Assembly: GCA_000182565.2 (NCBI GenBank)
Contig: KQ257454.1
DNA length: 64,000 nucleotides
Direction: 5' to 3' (one strand)
Source: Spizellomyces punctatus DAOM BR117
Lineage: Eukaryota
The notes beneath the pieces were generated by a model. That model was not told the DNA's origin, searched no databases, and saw only the letters and a list, made by a program, of their open reading frames with translations. A program made the translations under genes and the position numbers. Below are positions 23,461 to 35,265 of this stretch, in pieces (position 1 is the stretch's first letter; the number at the start of each line of letters is the position of its first letter).

Positions 23461-26400
23461 TTAAGAACGAATGATTTTTTGACCATCTCGGGTATAACTG
23501 ACTTCCCGTCGCGGGCATACAATGCCACACGGCTTGTACATCTTGAGAATAAAATGGCAGAAACGCAGAGATCTGCAAACTGCTGTGAGAAAGACTGCCT
23601 CGCCGTAGGTGAAGCGCAAGTGGATATCTGTTCAAAAAAGGAACACATTAGATTCAAAGCTCTGTAGACAAACAAAAAAGAAAGAGATTATCTTACGTGA
23701 TCGAACCCAGTAGCCTTTCCACAGAGCTTGGATTCTGGCCGCGGCACGATGTCTTGTTCGCACCTTTTCCGCGCGAACCCGCCTGTGAAGATAATTTCTC
23801 CAGGCACTTTGCAGAATATAGGCACCACGAATGCGAAGTAATTCCGCTCTGAAAATTAGAAATAAATAAATAAATACCAATAGAGTTCCTTGGTGTGAAA
23901 TTCGGGTCATACCGATGACGGGCAACAGATTCTCCGAGAGCACGCAAACGCTGCCGAAGATCTGGTCGCAAGAGCTGACGCAAAAAGTATCCTGTTTCCA
24001 AAAAAAATGTTTAAAAATCCAAAGGAATTCCCATCGAAAAATAGAGATGAGCATACCGCGATAGACTCTTTGAATGGTTGTCGCTGCGTGATGTTTCTGA
24101 ACGCAATTTAGAATTAAAAGAATATTCAAGCCGATTTTTTGATGGACATGGATGTTCTTACCTCCCGTAATCTGCGTATCTCGGACATTTTCTTGTGTAG
24201 AGGTCGCCACCAATGAATAATGGTATTGACCGCCCGATTGAGATCTTGTTCACAAAAAGAATCAGAGGTGTATTTCCAAAAAAAAAAAAAATAAAACTAC
24301 AAGCGACATTGTTGGGGTGACATACCTTCGATCCTGGCATTGTATTTGGTTGCGATGGGTGAGTTTTTGAACATGTGCCAGTTGCGCCACTTGCGCTGAA
24401 TAACCGTTGCTGATCGGTGAAGTTCTGGGATAGGTTGCTGGTAGATACAGCCTGGAAGGATACTGCTACTTAATCGCACTGTTCAAGCTGCAATTGAAAA
24501 TCTTGTACCTACGCAACAATGCTGTCCAAATAAACTTTCGTCGGCGCCAATTCTTTTGGATCTTGGCTGCTGCTTCGTTCTTTAAGGCGCGTAGTCTCTT
24601 CAACTTTTTTCTCGCCATCATCTGTATGAGTGTTGCTGCAATGTACTGCTCCTCCCGAATCTTTGCTCGCATTATACGACCGCGGTGTCGTCTCCACGCT
24701 GTGATTGGATCAATTCAGTCATATCGTGGTGCAACGCAAATGCTGTCGCAATTCTGCCACGTACCTCGTTGGATTTTGGTGCATGCTAGCGAACGTCGGT
24801 AGATGGACGGTGGGAACTGTGAGAAGCTTCGCTGCCCCTCCACGGCCAGGGTGGCTCGGAAGATGTTCTTTTCCAGTGCCTGTGCCGAGCAGACGTTTAG
24901 TTTTAAAAGGGCAAGATGGCGATCCTAAGGATATTTCTTCTAACCAGATGCAATTTTTCTTCCTCATCCTGATTGAGCCCTTCTCGCTCAGGACCAACGC
25001 TGTCCAAAATACTGACTGCGTCCAACGCTGGAAAGTCCATAAAATATATATGAGTCTCTCGTGTCTCCTTGTCAGATCAGAATACGTTTGCTCTAGTTAC
25101 CTTTCGGCTGTTGGTGACGCAAATTCTCGTTGCAAGGCTGTGCGTTGACATCGTACGAAAAGGGACGATCGCCAAAGTTGACGCGAATCTGCGGTCGTTC
25201 TGTGTACTGGAGCTCGGTGTCGTTGACTACTCAGTACAATGTTAGGGCGGGTGGATGCAGCTTGCAAACCTCCGGAACCTGTTACCTTTTAACGCAAAGG
25301 TCGGCACCAGTTCAGACGACCAGATAAGCGATCTAGTGGAGCAAGGTGTTAAACAACCAGTCGATATACTCATCGGGAAAGTGACACTCGCCTCTGGCGT
25401 GTCTGTTCCGCCTTGTCAAATGCCGCTGCTCCGATCCCAAAGGCCGGCGGTTGGACCTTCCCGTCCATAACAAGATTAATGTGCCCATCGTAGAGATCAA
25501 CCAATACGCCCCAGGTTCGGAATCCCATAAAGAACAGTGGATCTTCTTGAATTTCTGCGTACCTTTGACGGGCAAACATGCCAAGGTGAGTAATTCTCTA
25601 GAACATAACTAGTGGCAAATGACTGGGACTCACGGGTATTCTTCATCCTTGTAGAAGATATGGCCGGTCGAAGAAAAGCCAAAGCTGTATTCGTCTTGCC
25701 CAGGATATCGTGCATGGGCACTCGCCTGGATACGCCTTGCCATGGACAACCCTACACAATGCAAGTCATTATCGTGGCTCATGTCCCCTTACAAAATGCC
25801 TGGATGGATGCAGTATTTACCTACTCTCCATGCAGTCTTGTCCGGGGTGGAAAACTCAAAATAAAATCTATGCTCGCGCTGCAAGCGATAATTGATCTGC
25901 GCAATGTAACTCAAAGCTGTTCTCGTGTCCAAAATGCTCGAGTCCTCTCCTCCTACGCCAACATCATATCCCAACGCAGCTAGCCGTCTTTTCAGGACGC
26001 TTACACCATAGAGCGGATATGCCAGGACTGCTGCTGGCAGCTGATGTGATGGATGAACAGCATCAACGAGTCGAGCCAGTAGCTGCACAAAAGAATACTT
26101 TTCACTTTGACCGCGGTAGGTGAGAATCTGGTCCTGCGTTTGTTTCACCATCTCGCGAGCCGTCGGGCGAGCCATGAGTCGTACCTTCCAAACTCCGGCA
26201 GTGGCATAGACGCAACCCCAGTCAGCTCGCAGTTCGTCAGCAGGCTGACGTCGGACACCGGCTTCTGAAGAGGTCAATCGGGAGAGATGGAGTTCGAGAC
26301 GATTTGGATGTACAATTACTGCCGTCGGGACAATCGGTGCGGCGAGAAACATCTACACTTCACGTTGAAGGATATTTGCTTTACTCTACCACAACGCGCT

Positions 26401-27343
26401 GTAGCTACTCAAAGATTACTCTTTAGCTTACCTGTCTGAGAAAGTACGAAGGTATATCATCGTCGTTGCAAACTTCTCCGGCAATTTTGTCCTTACATAG
26501 GCGAACCCAGTTGAATCGCTCAAATGACTGCAATGCTTCCAGGGTGGATTCGGCGATGACATCGCCGAAACGACAAACGACAGCTGGCCTGACGGGAATG
26601 ACACATGAGAATACAGTTTCCTGTCGCACCAACATCTCAGATTCCAGATGTACCCAGTTTGAAATAGCTGCCGCATCTCTTTTCGTGAAGTCATCCTCCG
26701 ATTCCAGATAAATTGTGTAAACTCATCTCGGTGCTGCTGTAACGCGGACGACAATTCTAGAGATCCCTCGTAAACTCAATGTCTACCATATTCTTGATGA
26801 ACGTTTCAAATCTTACCCTTTTCATCCGTCATTTTCTTCATCAGTCGCGATCGCAATATTTGTTTACGAGTACTGAAATTGACAATGGACACCACCGCCT
26901 CCATCGCTATTAGGGCCATCTCGTCTTCCTGCTTGGACCTCTCCGTCATTCGCTGCATCAAACCTGTCTCAGCACGACGAACAATAGAACAAAATATACG
27001 GATTTTGATGGATATTACCTTTAAGGTATCCAAGTCATGGAGGCCTTTTAATTTTGTCTCCTTTTGAGATTGCGTTGAAATATTTTGTAGTTGAGCGCAT
27101 ATCTTTTAAATTTACACCAACAGTATTAGTTTTTCATAGAGTTTTGAGAACAATAATTGCAAATGTCGATGGAGACCTCTTTGATGGTTTGGAAATCTCT
27201 CGTGGTCACTGGTGGGGGCGCTTGCCTTGAGCGCTGACCTTGTCTATTCATTCGTGTTAAACCAAAAAGTGGGTACGGCAACCGACATGTATTTAATTAC
27301 CTTTGCCGCAAACCTCCCGCTTCAGCTGCATCCGTCGAGTTCA
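23461..27343 (-). CDS. Large multi-exon protein with multiple C-terminal IQ calmodulin-binding motifs
   Basis: IQ motifs AATLIQMMARKK, AAAKIQKNWRRR, SATVIQRKWRNW, AATTIQRVYRG, ILQSAWRNY and AAARIQALWKGYWVR. Many short introns. The 5' end is approximate. Confidence 0.65.
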
Positions 27344-27815
27344 TTGCATAGCGTCCTCGTTTATCTCAACTGTGTTGCTAATTCCCTGCTTATCCAAGCA
27401 TCGCGCTGGTCATGACACGTGCGCAAAGCCACATTAAATAATCAAGATCAAAAATCAACAGCAAAAAGCGCACAGGAAGATTTCACACTTTTCTCCTTTT
27501 CACGGCACGGGGTTTAAAAACGCCAAAAGACAAAGGATTTTGACCTTGTTTTCCTTGTCCTTTTTGAAAATGGGCCGCTTGAATTTCTCCAAATTCACGC
27601 AATGCCAGCAAAAAGACAAAAGACTAAAAGTGGTAAACAAAACGCATTGCGTACGCCCGTGGATGATTGGATGATTGGTGTCAAAGAAGAAGCACAGAAT
27701 GTATATTCCATCCCGTACGACCAAACGTATGATGAACATCCAAAGTTGAAATGTACAAAGGATAGGGTTCCCTCCCCCACCGCACTCCAGGTTCATCTCT
27801 GTAATTCCTCATATA

Positions 27816-29433
27816 ATGTTGCTTCGCATCCTGAGCCTGGTGCTCATTCTGGCGGTCTTGTTGCCCATTGGCACATTCGCTGCTCCCGCTGCTCAAGAAG
27901 AACGTAGGGACTTTCGAGGCTGGATCAACAGCATTGGAGATTCCATTAGAAATATTGTCCGCCCATCTCCCACTAATTCTGCACATGCCACCTCGACCAC
28001 CACTCCCTCTCGTTCCTCACCTGCTCGACCTTCCGCAAATCCTTTGCTCAGGTCCAACAACAACCTGGCAGCAGCCCATCCATTGAGCTTTGTTCCTTTT
28101 CGTGCCGCGGTCGCTGCCAACTCCGAATCAGACGGGGACTTTGACCCAGCGACAGAGATTCCTTCCCTCACATATCTGGAAACTGCCTTTGGTAAATTCG
28201 AACGTAAATTTGACGCACTTCCAAAATCTGGCGAAGCTCCCCAATTGCCGTGGACAAGCACATACTGGCCATCAACGTATGATGGTATCAACTACCGGTG
28301 GAAGAGCCCAGAAATTGGATCACCCGTCGAGAAATATGCTATTGTAATGTCTCGAGTCCTTTGAATCATTGGAAACTTTTTGCTTACCGTCGGTTTCGTA
28401 GGCGTTCAATATCAGCTCTCGTGCTCTCGGCAACCTTGTATCAAAACAGCAAGGCATAGACGCCCCCTGGCATACAAAGCAATGCGTTGGAGATTTCAGC
28501 TGCGCTAGCGGTGACCGCTGCGTATCCCGGCGTGGTTCAGATGTCAAACTATGCGTAGCAGATTGGGAGGGTATCTGCGACGGATGGACAGCGGCGTCCA
28601 TTATGATGCCTGAGCCTAGATGTGCTGTCACATTCAACGGAGTGGTGCGTTTTTGGATATTCTGAATGATTGATTGAGTATAGTGCCGTAACATTTTTGC
28701 ATACTTTTAGAAATTCAATGTAGCAGACCTCAAGGGACTCATGAGTGCCTTTTTCGCCTCCGATAGCGGAACCCACTACTATAGCATGAGCATGTCTGGA
28801 AGGTGCAACGTCTACAACCCCAATACTGACAGGAATGGATATTATTCGGATCCAAACTGTGGCGATGCGACCGCTGGCATGTTCCATATTTTCATAACTA
28901 ACATGCTGGGACGCTTGCAAAAGTAAGTGAAACTTTCTTTGCTGCTATCTGAAAACATGTTCCTCATGTGCTCTCGTTTCAGGCCTTTTGCCTTTGATAG
29001 AGAGACGACCGGTCAGGTCTGGAATCAGCCTGTCCATGGCTACCAAATCATAAAGACCCAGAACTTGGCCCGCTTCTTTGCCCAGACCAGACTCGGCTTT
29101 AACTACAAGCTTGACCCGAGTGCTGTCAAGTTCGTTTACGTAGAGCTCGCCGTCAAGTGGATCTCGGAAGTCGAGTACTTTGATGAGATGAACCTCAACT
29201 ACCGAGACAACATGGCTGCCTTGCAAAAGACCCTGAAAACGACTAGTTATGAATACGTTTTGGAACTCAACGCTGCCGGTGAGATCATTGGTGGCGGATG
29301 GGTTAATGCCTCAAAGAACAGGCAGCCCGATTTCATGTGGGTGCCTACTGGCGTCGACAAGAGGGCTAGCGCATTCGGCGCCATCAAATTTACTGACCTC
29401 GAGAAGCTATGGGCACAGGCTGTCAACTGCTAG
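27816..29433 (+). CDS. Secreted transglutaminase-elicitor family protein (Phytophthora GP42/M81-like)
   Basis: Signal peptide, PWTSTYWPSTYDGINYRW, SPVEKYA, WEGICDGW..ASIMMPEPRCAVTFNGV, DLKGLMS, GMFHIFITNMLG, VWNQPVHGY and YEYVLELNAAGEIIGGGW..PDFMW. 3 introns. Confidence 0.9.
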
Positions 29434-29614
29434 TTCTTTTACAATACCTCATATAAACCGTCCTACTGGTGGATAGAATATGCTAGATTTGTCATACCAA
29501 AGATAGAAGGTAGATCTTTCAAAGGTCGATCAAATAATAGAGCTTCTTACCAAGATATATACAGATAACTACAGATAACTACTAGTAGACCTCGATGGGC
29601 CAACATTCCCGTAT

Positions 29615-30401
29615 TTAAAATCCCAAAAGGCGACTAAGCTGCTCGTGCATGTCTCTTATCCGCGCCAACGCTTCGTCACATTTATCGTCTCCCATTTCCT
29701 CTCGCATCTCGTCAATGGATGCATAACTCGTAGGATCGAATTCGCATATTTCCTGGGTATTTCGTAATGGAATGGTTACAAGCGGTGTAGGTGGTGGCTC
29801 GTTCGAACTTTTGCTGTACGAGCGGAGTGTCATCCGACGGGATGATACGGTTGAGACCGAGTCTCTGGAATCCGATGATACTTGTCGGCTAGAGGCAGGA
29901 GTTTGAGGGAGGTAGTGGCTGAATGTGGGAGGATGTACCGGCTGATACAGTGAACGTTAGTTTGATTGACAAACGTTGAAAACCTCGAAAAGTAGAGGGA
30001 CATACTTCAATCTGTTCAAAGTCTCGCAAGGCTGTTCTTCCACCGCGCACTCCTTGACTTGCCTTTGCACCATTACCACTTCCCTTGTTCATCGACTTCA
30101 AAAAGTTGTTCAAATCTCCTCCGTACTTGACACAAAAAGTCTCCACGGTCATATTTCGAACTTCCATCGGGAGCATGGTCCAAGCTTCTTCACAGTGAAA
30201 GAACAAGGATTCTTCCAGACGGGCAGTCTCATCTTCGTACTTTCGGCGTTTGTCTTCCACTGTAGCAGAACTTTAGTACCCGGATATTACCGTTCACGAT
30301 GTTCAAAAGACCTCACATTCGATCTGGAGATTATTTATCAACAAGCGTTTATAGGCAGCGGAGAACCTGTTTTCAGCTGGAGACGCCTCTGTTCGTGTCA
30401 T
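29615..30401 (-). CDS. Borealin/Nbl1-like chromosomal passenger complex subunit
   Basis: KRLLINNLQIELEDKRRK...TMLPMEVRNMTVETFCVKYGGD fits the Nbl1/Borealin N-terminal domain. Short C-terminal helical domain. Confidence 0.72.
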
Positions 30402-30824
30402 GCTTATGCCGGTTGATGTTGACACTCAAGAAGCGTTTTATCAAGCCTCCAAGGAAGCGAGAGCAGGAGGATGGCTTTTTGCTCTCGCGAAATGGCACCC
30501 ACCCTGGTTGTGCAAGTCGCAACACTCAAGTCCGAAGTCACGTGGAACCGCGCTCGATTGGGCTCCGCGCGCCAAGCTCACTGTTTACATTTGCATTTTG
30601 GACCAGCCGGTCGTCGATCTTAACAGCATTTCAAAAGCAGGCAGATAGAACTTTTCGCCACCGGTCCGCATTCCCCGTTGTATTTCAGGATTCGATACGG
30701 AACAGGAACTTCCACGAGTGAGGTCGGCCTCTGAAGACCTGCTATCACCTGCCATTCCAGCAGTTTCTGCCTGGAGCACACACCCGTCATACTCGCCGTT
30801 TTCTACTGCAATCCCGAATACAAG

Positions 30825-31684
30825 ATGATGGACTTTATATTTGGCTCCCGGAAAACCCCGGCAGAGCTTCTTCGACAGCACCAACGTGCTCTCAATAGGG
30901 CGCAACGCGACCTTGACCGCGAGCGCTCGAAACTAGAGCAGCAGGAAAAGAAGCTTATTGTGGACATTAAGAAAGCTGCTAGGGCCAATCAAATGGTGAG
31001 TTTAGGGTGCGGGAGTACTTTTGGACTTGGGATAAGTGTAGAATGTATGACAGTGCCACGCCAACTGACACTATCCACTGGTCTAGAATGCATGCAAAAT
31101 CATGGCAAAGGACCTGGTCCGAACACGCCGGTACATTCAAAAGTTCTACCAAATGCGAACACAACTACAGGCAGTTGGATTACGGATACAGGTGAGATTT
31201 GACCTGGCACATGAATCTTCAAGTATTGACACCCGTCATCACAGACACTCCGTTCAAACCAACAAATGGCGGAAGCTATGCGTGGCGTAACCAAAGCTAT
31301 GCGTTCCATGAATAAACAAATCAACCTTCCAGGCATCCAAAAAATCATGATGGAGTTTGAGCGTGAGAGCGAAACGATGGACATGAAGGAGGAAATGATG
31401 AACGATGCCATTGACGATGTAATGGAAGAGGAGGATGATGAGGATGAAAGTGATCAGATTGTCAATCAGGTCTTGGATGAGATTGGCATCGGTTTGGATC
31501 ACTCGGTGAGTCACGTTGCATTCTCGCCGTCTTGGATGTGTAGCTCATGCCAGGGATTTCGTAGCTTCCCGAAGCGTCAAAGGCAAGAGTTGGTGGTGCC
31601 GCGGTAAAAGAATCGCAAGCAGAGGCACTTTTAGCAGATGATGCCGCTCTACAGGCGCGGTTGGATAACTTACGGAGAGAATAA
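30825..31684 (+). CDS. DID4: ESCRT-III subunit Vps2/Did4 (CHMP2A)
   Basis: KTPAELLRQHQRALNRAQRDLDRER, MAKDLVRTRRYIQKFY, IMMEFERESETMDMKEEMM and DDAALQARLDNLRRE*. Confidence 0.96.
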
Positions 31685-31892
31685 GATAGATTGGAATTAT
31701 TTGTAATATGATTTTTGATTGCGTTTCATGCCTTGTCAGATTTCTTGCACACATTCGACCACAATTTGGTGGCTTTGTCGACTTGTACAATGACGAATTC
31801 CGAATGTTCTGATAGTCGATTAAGTATGTTACATTGCGTGTTCACCATTGAAATAGGGATAGCTCTAGAAAGTATAACAGTGCGGGTATCTA

Positions 31893-33062
31893 TTACTCAG
31901 TTGGGTTGCCTTCCGCATCGGGCATTTCCTGGTTGTTAATATCCTCGTCGTGCGTATCTTCTGTTATATCCATAGACTCTGCCGCATTCGAGGTGGTTGC
32001 AGGTTGAGCGGGGGTCCACATGGAGGCTGCGTTGGCTCCGCTGCGCGGTCGAATTTCTCTACGAACTAGGTCCAGAAGTTCCTTAATGTCGTAGTCGTTG
32101 CTATTATATATTGGATTATGTGAATGGAGTTTGACACCTCGATTAATGGAATGGGAGAGAAGGAATAGGAACCGGGGATTTCTTACGTTGGTGAACCCAT
32201 GAGTGTCTGCGCAACCCCCTCGGCTTGAGCCTTGTCAATACTGGGATCCTGCTCTGCAAGATACTGTAGGACTTCGATGACCGAACTCAAACTGACGCGA
32301 CCGTTGTCACCGAGAATGCTCGTCACCGTCTCCAATGTAGCTGTCAGAGTCTGCAACGGTCGTCGTATGGCATTCAGATGTGCAATGTCAGACGTGAATT
32401 ATGTGTTCTTTTTAACTTACGCCAGCTGTTGAAGCCACCAAAAGAGCCCAAAATTTGAGCCATGGGATTTTGTCGCCGGGCCAGCCGCCGAGTCTACCAG
32501 TGAGCTGTCGTGAGTGGAATGTTGTGATATGCTCCCCGGTACGACCGCCTCAACAAGTGCAGATGCTCTACCTCATAACGTCATTTACATGAGCCGGAGT
32601 TATATTGACAGCATTGCAGGCGTCATCCACCTCGTGTTTTGTCACCACTACCTTATCCGTGCGGTCAAACTACAGACAAAAACAAAAGATGGGTATAAAA
32701 CACAATCAAAAATGATGACCAAAGACATTCAAGCGTATATTGAAAAGAGTGGTTTACCTTGGTGTAAAACGCCTCCAACTGCATGTTGTTGAGTCGTTTT
32801 GCCCCACCGCCGTCATGACGCTGCTTTGCTAAGCGCCCGAAATAACTGTGAACCATAGGACACCACCCATTATCAGCCCAAGCCATTCTCATGATCCGCA
32901 AGGCTACTCGGACCAAACATACTCTGCAGATGCTTCAAGAATATTTCCCGGTTGCGAGCGTATGATATGTTTTGTGTACTTTTTCAGAATGTCTGGGAGC
33001 TCTGGCGGAATCCGGATCTGTTCCGCGGTATAGAGAGGCACAGGGTTTGAGTCCACTTCCAT
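31893..33062 (-). CDS. ROPN1L: Ropporin-1-like protein / radial spoke protein 11 (RIIa D/D domain)
   Basis: LYTAEQIRIPPELPDILKKYTKHIIRSQPGNILEASAEYF and IPWLKFWALL. Multi-exon. Confidence 0.85.
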
Positions 33063-33473
33063 TTGTTGATCCTCAACTGTAGTAGAAGTTGCAAAAGATG
33101 TGAAATGCAAAAACAATCTCGCTGGAGTGTTCAAAAACTTGTCGAGCGGCGGAGCCCAAAAACCTTCTTGATCTGTAAGCTCGCCTCACCCGCGAACGGG
33201 GAGGGGTTGGCCTGAAGGGTTCGCGTCGATCGCATTTCGAGCCAAACGTTCCAAGTAATATAACATGACTGTGCCAGTTATACATGGCACAGTTTTCATC
33301 TATAACGCATGTGACAAACTCAAATGCGCATGATCATTTTATCCAGATGGGAGGCGTCCTTTCCACAAAGGCCAGCACGGAATTTCGAGGTTTTTCGCAT
33401 CAACCTCATTTCGCTTTTTTTTGATTATAAACTCATTTGGACACTCCTTCACAACCGCAGCATCAGCACTAGC

Positions 33474-34851
33474 ATGCCATCGCCGCCAAAGCCGTGGGAA
33501 AGAGCAGGTGCCGCGGCGCAAGCTGGTCCCGCCCCCACTGCAAGCGCCTCGACACCCGCAACTACAACATCCTCCACAACCGCTCCCCCTGCCATCCCAG
33601 CTCGTCCTTCTACATCTACCATGAACACTACAATGACATCAAATACCCTGAATAGACCAGGTAAAAATCTTAATAGGGTCGATTTTCCTGTTTTGAGCGG
33701 ATTTCAAATGCAGTCTTTCTTTAGGTTTCGGAACCGGTGCTGGATATAATTCTTACACTACGGGGACGGGCTATGGAAGTACATATGGCAACTCGTACGG
33801 TGGAAGCTCTTACGGGTCTTACTCCTCACCATATAATCGCTATGGTTCTGGGTACGGAGCGGGAGGTTATGGTTCGACATACGGGTCCTCCTATGGCGGA
33901 TATGGTTCATATTCACCGTACAATCGCTATGGAAGTGGCTATTCTCCATACAATCGCTTTTCCTCTCCATACGGACCTGGTCCAGGTGGTCCAGGTGCCC
34001 CAGGAGAAATGCCTCTCTCTGCACGCATGGAGCAGTCAACCCAAGCAACCTTCAACACACTCGACCAAATCGTTCAGGCTTTCGGAGGGTTCGCGCAAAT
34101 GTTAGAGTCCACATTCATGGCTACTCATTCGAGTTTTATGGCAATGGTTGGAGTAGCTGAGCAATTTGGCAATCTCCGATCATATTTTGGTCAGATTTTT
34201 TCGCTCCTTTCGTTGTACCAAGCGGCGCGACGACTAGTGTGCAGACTGACTGGACGACAGGCACCTGTCGATGCATCGCAACTTGATCCAGACGAATTCA
34301 AAGCGTTTGAAGACCGCAAGAAAGCAAGCAAGAAACCAATATGGGTTTTCTTGTTCTTCACAATCGGCATCCCTTGGTTGATATCAAAACTTTTCCAAAG
34401 ACTACAGAGACAGCGTCTTGAAGCCGCTGCTGCTGGTGCTACTGCTGACCCTTTAACAACAGGCCTCATCGGGCCCGACGGCCGCCCATTACATCCAAGT
34501 CAAATACGTGATCTAGAGTTTTGTCGCGCTGTATATGATTTCGCTGGCGAATCTCCTGCGGAGCTATCGCTGAAGAAAGGGGACATTGTGGCTGTGCTCA
34601 GCAAGTTGGATCCAGCGACTGGACAGCCTGGAATGTGGTGGCGAGGCCGATTGCAGAGTGGGGAGATGGGCATGTTCCCATCCAATTATGTGGAGATCAT
34701 TCAGAAACAGGGAACGGCGCAATCATCGCCACCATTGCCTCCTGCTGGCGGGCCGGCCGGAATACCAATGCAAAACGTTCCGGTACTCGATCCTGCTGCC
34801 TTCAATCCTGATGCAATAATGGATGGAGACTTTGGGCCAATCATGCAGTGA
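33474..34851 (+). CDS. PEX13: Peroxisomal membrane peroxin Pex13
   Basis: SPPKPWE start, YG-rich region, STQATFNTLDQIVQAFGGFAQMLESTFMATHSSF and a C-terminal SH3 domain. Confidence 0.97.
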
Positions 34852-35265
34852 CGTTGTGGTGGAATTTGGGGATGAACGTTGGGGCTTGAATTTCCTTGTA
34901 CATGGTTCTTAAATAATACGGCATTTCTCTGTTCGTTGTTGTGTTCTGTGCTTCGAGTGCGTCTGTGTGGGTTACTTTGTTACCATCCTAGCATTGTAGG
35001 GGTTTGTGAACTTTTAATGGGTATTCTCTCTGAACTGTGTTTGTTCAGGTCTCTTACAGTTGATTAACCCAAGCAATTAATTATTCCACTTGATACGCAT
35101 ATATGATAAAGTAAAAATCTTATCAATAGTTGGAGAAGTAAGATAGATTCTCATCAATAAAATACTCTTCTTATGAAATACTGCATCTCAATATGTATTG
35201 ATTCAACCTCCGTCTAATATCCCGGATTAAATATTCTTCGAGTGATAACAAGCTAACATGACCAA

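Noticed and set aside
23310-23675. ORFs overlapping the tRNA
   Set aside because: Wrong frames. The last exon of the IQ gene stops at 23461 and does not overlap the tRNA.
33740-33990. Repetitive TAT/GGT-rich sequence
   Set aside because: The normal YG-repeat domain of Pex13.
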